From Botryllus schlosseri (taxonomy: Eukaryota), in contig CM119372.1 of NCBI GenBank assembly GCA_051294905.1, positions 24,678,001 to 24,742,000 of the forward strand: a DNA stretch of 64,000 nt. The letters are read 5' to 3'. Position 1 is the first letter of the stretch; the number at the start of each line of letters is the position of its first letter. The position numbers and the translations under genes were made by a program. Positions 56,215-64,000 of the stretch are shown piece after piece. Below the pieces are notes generated by a model, which saw nothing but the letters and a program-made list of their open reading frames with translations, ran no database searches and had not been told where the DNA came from.

Positions 56215-57170
56215 TGTTGATAATTTTGGCTCACTTTCGCTTTTGCCCTATATATATCCCTTTGCTTGGGGTGCGGAAGTCCTGGTCTGAATATTTATAT
56301 GGGCTACTTATATTCATATATTCTTATACTAACATTAGAAACTCCTTTCTTTCGATGCGTTTAGGATGTCTCGAGATGTTAATTGTTAATAAAACTCAGA
56401 TTTGAGCGGTGCTACAAAACGTTTTAGATTGAACCACTACTGGATACCTTACATCTTACCACGTAGGTTTTGATTCCCCGGACTAACTTTCAAGAAAACT
56501 AGGGTAATTCGATTCAAAAAAATCTGAATATTGGTTCAGAAGTGACCATAGACCGCATTTGGCCTTGGCGTAACACAGGAGTTCTCAATTCCCATGCATA
56601 ATGGGCCGCATTTTACCATTAAAAAGTGTTGCGGGCCGCCGAACATGATTACTATGTAATCGTAGGCTACTAACAAATTCACTGTATTTACGGACGATTA
56701 ATACCAATCAACCCCGCTATTTTCTGGAGATATACGTAAATGCAGTTTATTATTGGACAAGCTAGGGTTACCATATTTCTGTGACCCAAATTACGGACAC
56801 TCTTTAGCGCCCACTAATGGATTTCAAAATTATTTATGAGCACATCATCGGTCAATATGACGTCACACTATCAAAGCTTTACTTATAGGCCAGAGGCGGT
56901 CACGACCCGGTTCAGGTGTAGCCTATGTGGCTGTATGTAATGTAACCGGGACTGAAACCACATTTTTCAGGCCTTCCCGCCAAAATAAATAATGATTTTG
57001 GACCCACCATAGATATACAGGACCATAACAGCACTTCGTCAGCCCGTTAGTCTTGGGCCCCCATAGGGTGATAAACCGAACTTCTGGGGGGATTCTCCCC
57101 CTCCCCATACTCCCTCAAGTTCTACGCTTTTTGCCGCTACTTATCATCTACATTGGGTGTCTGTATATTG

Positions 57171-57384
57171 TAGGGTTACCATACGTCCTCCTTTAGGATG
57201 ATTTGTCCTCCTTTTTCGGGTTTTTGAAAATGTCCTCCGAAAACGCCTAAATGTCCTCCTTTTTGAGATTTTGTCCTCTCTTTGAGGAATTCTGGTTAAA
57301 TTCCTAGCAAAATTCGTTTGAGAATAAGTTGGAAAATTTTGAAAAAGTGTCCCCCTTTCCTGTTTCCAAAATATGGTAAACCTA
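57171..57384. mobile_element. 214-bp hAT-type MITE (TAGGGTTACCATA family)
   Basis: TIRs TAGGGTTACCATA / TATGGTAAACCTA; perfect TSD GTATATTG; GTCCTC repeats; related ends near 22778, 42191 and 56763. Confidence 0.88.
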
Positions 57385-57482
57385 GTATATTGGTCGAGTT
57401 TGTATCGCCTAAATGCGCGAAGCGGGAAAAATTTATATAATTCATGATTGAATCGGTCAATATGATCTGGAATTGCATATAT

Positions 57483-58332
57483 CAGTGGTCGGGAACCTAT
57501 GGCTCTCGAGCCATATCTGGCTCTTTTGAGTATAAGATATGGCTCTTTGAGATATTTTTAATTTTGTTCTTAATTTTATCGATGTTGCAGTAACTTGTTA
57601 GTAAAGGCCAGAATAACTATTCTCGTGGCAGCATAAACAATATAAACATGTATTTGAAAGGTCAAGGCAGTGGCGTATCCAGGATTAAGGGCTCGGACCC
57701 CTTTACAAAATCCTCAAATTTTAGTTGCTGTAGCGCCAGCGACCAACATCCCTCGCGAATTCGATGCATACCTGGCATCGCGCGTTGCGTAATCGTGGAT
57801 TGCACCATACGTTGGTTGATCAAGAGAATATCAGACATGGAGACGCCTTTATGACAATACAGTTTTTAAATACGCATTCTCTTCCTGATCTATGCCGAGA
57901 AATGAACTGCCTTGGACGTGACATTCCAATTACAAATCCAAATTACAAACTATCCACGTCCAAATTGATAAGTAGCTTTCTAGTATACTGCCGTTAAAAT
58001 GTAGGCGCGTGTAGAGCAACGTTTATGTTTCCGCCGAATTGAGAAGTCGAAATATTTAGATTTTCGAAATCAGTGCTATCAGTTATTGTAAATTCTAAAC
58101 TAATTACGATGAATTGCGCTATCACAGGATGATTAGAAGCCTACGAGTTTTTACAGACAAGATATGGTGCCCACGACGAATCCCATGTGGTGGGCTCGAA
58201 CTAGTACTACCATGACGTCACGAATTTTCAATTGTGTAGTAACAATTGATTGACATGTATGGCTCTCTAGGAGTTACAATGGAAAATATAGGGCTAACAT
58301 GGCTCTTCAGACGAAAAAGTTCCCGACCACTG
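57483..58332. mobile_element. 850-bp hAT-type non-autonomous element
   Basis: TIRs CAGTGGTCGGGAAC / GTTCCCGACCACTG; ATGGCTC subterminal repeats; perfect TSD GCATATAT. Confidence 0.9.
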
Positions 58333-59882
58333 GCATATATATTGCTATCAATTTTTTATATTCTCTCTGCTCACGTAATCATTTTTACCGGTAAAGCTGA
58401 GTGAGGTGTGTTGTAAAAGGTAGGACCCCCGGGGCCCCTATTGTAGGCCCCGGGACCCCTAAATAATAAGTAAACATCTTCGGGCGTACCCGTTGGTATA
58501 ATGACTTCGGTACATGATGCTATTTCGTGACCTCCTATCTGCTATGTCAAAGGATATTGAAATCGCCCAATCGTACTAAGCTAAAAGACGTACAGTCGTA
58601 CACGATTTCAAATTGGTATTTCTTCACTGGCAAATAATGTTCCCTGCGGGATGGGATTTGTATTGTGGGGCTCAGATCGCCAGGACAGGAATATTCGGCG
58701 CCAGCCATTTAGACGCCTATGGACAATTAAACATATGTATTGGTTATCACAAGGGCAGTCTTTTTCGGCCAAGGTCTTCTCGCTGCTGATCGTTCTGGTA
58801 CACTTCTCGGAGTCGCATGTTACATGGCCTATAACTTCATATGTCTTGATGCGTCGTGGCGCGGTAATGGTGGACGTGGAAGTGCCAATTTCTATAAATC
58901 ATGCATATTTTTTGTTAAGGGAAGGGTACCCAACAATCAATATATTTGACGGCTGTAACAGACGGGTGTGTCGAGCTGGAGCAATAGGTAGCTGAGCTGG
59001 CGACTGGCTGTCTTTAGGTTGGTGATTCCTTAACTCACATGTTCACTCGGTCGGATGCATTTCAGAAGATATACGTACGGTTTTCTTTCTTTGGGCTGTC
59101 CGCCAACATATTTATTGCTTAACTAATTTCAATACATATAATTTCAATTTATATTTTATCGCGCGCACTCGCATTCACACACATGAAATATACAAACACA
59201 GTGCACACACTCTCACATACACATTCAGATTTCGCCGCGTTCTTTTCCGTTTCGTCCATCATCCTTCGTCCGTTGGTATTCATCATCCTTGCTTTCGTCT
59301 TTCTTTCTTTCTTTCGTCATCGTCCTTATTGTCGTTTCCTTCCCATCGTTCCTTCTTTCTTCGGATAAGAATGTTTGAATTTTGTTCGTCCACTTTTTAT
59401 GCTCTAATTTATGAGATTTTCTTCTTGCAGTTTTATTCTCTGCAACATTTTCATCAGGATCATTTCCGCCGTGTTCTTCCTCCATGCTTTTTCGTTTGAC
59501 AGGGATGCGTTCGATATCTCTAGGTGCTGTTTATATCGCAGCACCGTACGCTATAGTATATCGATATCAGCGTCAACTTTACACTGTCTTCATTCAGCTT
59601 GTTGTGAAGTATCATTTATCTGTTCGTACGCCCCAATTGGAGGGCCTTTTCTATATTATTCAGTACTCCTCTTGTTACTCTGCAGTCTGCGAAGACGTGA
59701 TCCACTGTCTCGTATTTTATTCAACAAAATTTGCATTTATACACCGCAGTTTTTCTTCTAATCAGTCTTAGCATTCCTCTGTTAAATCTTTTTAGGCCGA
59801 AGATATATCCATCCTTTGATATCCTATAGCTTATATATAACTTGATAAGCTGTTTTTTGACTTCTTATACCATCCTGAAAAG

Positions 59883-60290
59883 ATGGAAACAATCTCCAGA
59901 TCGATTCTGATCGAGGACAAAGGCGGAGGTGGAATGGCCTCCCCAGAACACAAATCAACAACCTGCAATATAATCAAAATGAAAGACTTGGCAAACATTG
60001 AAACTCCTGTAGAATTCTGGAAAAACAGGCGGTATACCAATTGGGCTCTAAGATCAAACCAATTAATTCCAAATTATTTACAAACACCGTTCAACACAGA
60101 GACATTCCAAACAAAGATTGGGCAACCACTTTACGGGATTACAAAAAATTACACTGGGAACAAAAACAACTCCAAGAAACCAACTTCAAAGAAATTTACA
60201 AAACCACAATAAAACTGAATGAAAGGGAAGACGCTATGACACCAAATATCAACTGGTGCCAACTGAACAGGCCTAAGAAAAATCTCGCAA
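59883..60290 (+). mobile_element. Decayed L1/Tx1-clade LINE ORF2 fragment (post-RT region)
   Basis: ISRSILIEDKGGGGMASPE resembles the L1/Tx1 '..L..PK..GGLG.PD' motif; A-rich strand; frameshifted continuation. Confidence 0.45.
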
Positions 60291-62381
60291 TAATATACGT
60301 ACGGTTCATGGATGAATCTCAAGTCTCAGGGGCGACTTGAGATAAACGTGGGTTTTTATGCTTGAAAATGCGTAACAATTGTAACGTTTAAGCCAATAAG
60401 AACGGTTGGTAAAGTTCTAGCGATAGGAAAAAGGCAGAACTATAGCCAGGAGTTATGTTTGGCGTAACAATGATGAGTATTGACTAAGCTTGCGCAACAC
60501 TAGAAGAGATAAATTTCTAATAGTTGTCATGATATGGTCAACTCTTAGTACTACAAGCACAGTCTATTTCCCGGCGTTAACTAGGGACATTGCATTAAAA
60601 GGACCAGCGGTATGCTACACGGCATTAAATCGTGGCTAATAACGTGAATTTTTTTTAAAAGTTGCATAAATTGTCCGAAAAAAATATTATATGATTTATG
60701 TTGATTCACGAAATGATTTTGGGCCATCTTCGATCTCCCCCACCAATTGAGGGGTTCCGGGTGCGGCAGTTACGGTCCTGCATATGTCTTAACTCCGAGC
60801 CTTACCCTAGCCCAACCCGAAGTCCAACCCTAACTCACTCATAACCCGTAATTTCACCCACATGCTCATGTGCCGCATGCTCAATTGTCGCGTGGCCAAG
60901 TGTATTGCTAATGTCGCATGCTCATATGTCCACGGACCATCCCTGTATTGTACAAAACGACATGGGATATAAAGCAGAATTGTGTCGTAACTAGACGTTG
61001 GAGAATTGCATTACTTGACAAAATTTTTAACAAAATATAAGCTTCAACAAAGTCCAGGAAAAAAACACTTGAGATGCGCCAGATCCGTGGTCCGCCATTT
61101 ACATTGCGAACTATGTGATAGTGATAGTGATATATAGCTCAGTGGATAGTCCGCAGTTCCGCGCCGTCAACCGTTTAGTATTGCATATTCCGCTGTTGCG
61201 CGGTCCGCCGTTTAGATTTGAGCTATTTTGTTATGGTCCGCTCGGTCCGGAGTCGGAGTGGATTCGGAGCGGAGTTTTGCCGATTTTGTGACAGTCGGAG
61301 CGGAGTCGGAGTTTACTACAGATATTTTTTCGGAGAATTTCGGAGTATTGTAACTTTTGTCTCCGATATCTTTGGATAGCTCTGACCAGAATACACGATT
61401 GATTATGATTACAAACCAAAACACAGACAGTTGACACCTTGTAAAGTTGTAATATTACGGGTAACGTGCAAAAATGATTGCCAAGTGCATAAAAATCAGC
61501 CATCTGCACTGCAATTGGGGACTGGAGAGTAGACAATAGTATGAGGCCAACCCTATTATCACATTTATTTAGTAAAACACATTACCAAGTGTACCATGCT
61601 TGTCACTCTAATGATATGGTTAAAATGGTATATGATTGGCCACGAGCTATCTCAGGGATATCTAAACACCTGGAGCTATTTTAACCTGGCAAGGCATTCG
61701 TGAACATTGTCTGTGACCGTTGAGTCCCGGCACGTTGAGATTGTTTTTATTCAAAGTGAAACCCGATATCACAAGGTTGGTGGCATTGCACCAAGCTCAT
61801 CCATCGCATTAGTTAAAATATACACATGAACCTTTGTCTTATCTGGTCATCGGCTGGGTAGGGTGGAGGGGTAGGGGGCGCTGGCACGTTTTTCAGTGTC
61901 CAAGGGGCCGCAAGCTAGAAAAAGTTTGGGAGACATAGATTTACGTCATCGAATTTTTCGCCCCTCCCAAATATTTTTTCTGGCTACGCCCTTGGTCTGT
62001 GGTTAATTATGTTTTGGATACTTGACGAGATTCAACGGAGTATCTCGGAGTCTGGGATTCAGCTCTTCGGAGTCGGAGGGAGTTTTCCTCAGACACTAAA
62101 GTTGTCGGAGGGATTCGGAGTCTCGAAAAGCACTATCCGCTCGTCACTGTATAGTTTCGCAGTCCGCTCGTTCCGCCGTTTAGAGTTTCCTTTCAATTAT
62201 GCAATGCAAATGCAAATGCAGACCAATTGTCACCTGATTTGACCTACTATTTCACTTATCGTATGTACGGGATTGTGGACTACCAATATAATCCGATTTC
62301 CAATCATGGCATTGGATTCCCGTTCACATGTTCGTTTCTCTGCTAGGTTTGTATAAGTGAAGTTCGCTAATATAAGAGAGA

Positions 62382-62463
62382 GTTGTCGTGGCCGAGTGGT
62401 TAAGGCGACAGACTAGAAATCTGTTGGGCTCTGCCCGCGCAGGTTCGAATCCTGCCGACAACG
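62382..62463 (+). tRNA. tRNA-Ser, anticodon AGA
   Basis: Acceptor stem GTTGTCG/CGACAAC plus discriminator G; D-arm TGGCCGAGTGGTTAAGGC; anticodon arm ACAGA-CTAGAAA-TCTGT; long variable arm; GGTTCGAATCC; T-run terminator downstream; 82 nt. Confidence 0.97.
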
Positions 62464-64000
62464 CGTATTTTCTTTTCTCATTTCTGAGAACGTTCGACCG
62501 CATGTTTGAATAAAATTTTGCAACATATCAAAACTAACAAATTGCTAGCCTCTCAGCATTATTTTCATCTTATATATTACCGAACACTATTTTTCCGTGC
62601 TTTTGTTTCGGATTTGGGAATGACGACCAGGAATATCATATTCCAGTTGTTAGTTTCTAGCTCCAAATTGCTCTGCTTCATCCACTAATCAGTGGTTCGA
62701 ATCATAATAATCCTCAGATCATATATTTTCATCCGCCCAAGACACACAAAACGTATAATGCGAATACAAGAGAAAAATGCGATGTAATGAACAGACGAAG
62801 GATGCCGAAACGGCAAGTTGTGGCCTCGATCCAGCCCGATCTACTGCCCGATTTCACAATGTTAGCCGCAATGTCGATGTCACAATGTTAATGTTCGAAC
62901 TTGATTTTTTCGCGTCTGGCATTCTATTTAGATTGCTCTTCCTTTATCTTTTTCGTTTAATTCATTGTTCCGTTCGTCTTCGGGTGCTTCCTATGGGCTT
63001 TTCTGACTTCGTAAGAACTAGCGACACAGGGGAAGAGCAGCTCAGATATAGTCTAACGCAGTTTGCGGTGGTTAATTGAAGGAAGTAATCATTACGCTAT
63101 CTCACCTGAACGTTGTTAGCTGACGATAAAACCGGTGGATCTTCAAATATCAAAATCAACCCAATACGGAAGCTAATTACGACAGAAGTATGCAAGCGAA
63201 AACGGAGGTTACAGACCAGGTGTCGCCAACTCAAAATGGGTCGCGGGCCACTTTCGTAACTTGATAGACGCCCCGGGCCGCATAATTGTAATGTCGAGAT
63301 TGTCGGCATCTAATATCTGGCACCTGATTAGCTATTGGCAAAGGTGAAAAGGCACTATATTGACTATAACTATATCAATGTAGCGTGTTGTTGTCTAACA
63401 CGCGTGGTACACATTGTTAAAAAGAATCACTGATTCACTGCTTACATTTAATTACGATTAATACAACTCTATCAAATATATGTATTGAGCTTGATGTATA
63501 TTGTGTAGCATACCTCGCACCCGATATCTGACCGCAAGTACTTTACTGCGACATGATGGTGATACGCCGTTTATTTTCTGGCGTCAAGACCGATTGGAGA
63601 TGCTCTGTCGGTCGCGAGCGTACGGCAGATCCATTAGGCTAGTGATTCCCATTTTTTAGTTCAAATTTAGTTCAATAAACCATGCAACCGTCTTGTGCAA
63701 ATATTAACTGTACGCTATAGTGATAAACAACAAAAAATGACCTGTCTTTAAAATAATATCATTCTATTGTTGCAGCAAACAATACGTTCATATTGTTAAA
63801 TTTATTCCACTGGAAGCTTTTCGACTGGCTCTCTTGAGCAGAGATGCCACTGGGATATTTCGGAAAAACCCAGATGTGGAGTCGAAATAAACCCAGAAAA
63901 ACCCAGATCCTATATTTCACTCAAAAGACACGAGATAGCTGTGAAAGTGGAGCCTGATAGTCGTCGAATACACTCATACAGTCATTGAAGCCTTTGATAT

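Overview
Eukaryotic (metazoan) genomic DNA, AT-rich, with GT-AG introns as short as ~60 nt and dense non-autonomous transposons. Gene content and style suggest an invertebrate chordate such as an ascidian, but this is inference only. Hand-spliced genes: the 3' part of a KIF22/Kid-like kinesin (+, ~1-3206); a single-ORF BTB-BACK protein without Kelch repeats (-, 8272-9570); a complete 15-exon FEM1B orthologue (+, 21650-39784, 662 aa); a convergent complete 13-exon ANKDD1-like ankyrin/death-domain gene (-, 40696-53876, 895 aa) with a ~385-aa disordered N-terminal extension and a C-terminal CaaX; and tRNA-Ser(AGA) (62382-62463). The most unusual structure is at 12559-18401. A non-coding LTR retroelement (tRNA-Arg primer site, PPT) has one clean end and one end lacking 5 bp, joined through templated 9-mer insertions. 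It is flanked by a ~1.15-kb target duplication instead of a short TSD, and only one copy of the duplication carries a foldback-type element with telomere-like repeats. Also present: a Penelope-like remnant with inverted repeats carrying minimal hammerhead ribozyme motifs inside a FEM1B intron, a 181-bp-arm near-perfect hairpin inside an ANKDD1 intron, many hAT-type MITEs with 8-bp TSDs, and tRNA-derived SINEs. No CRISPR or prokaryotic system was seen.
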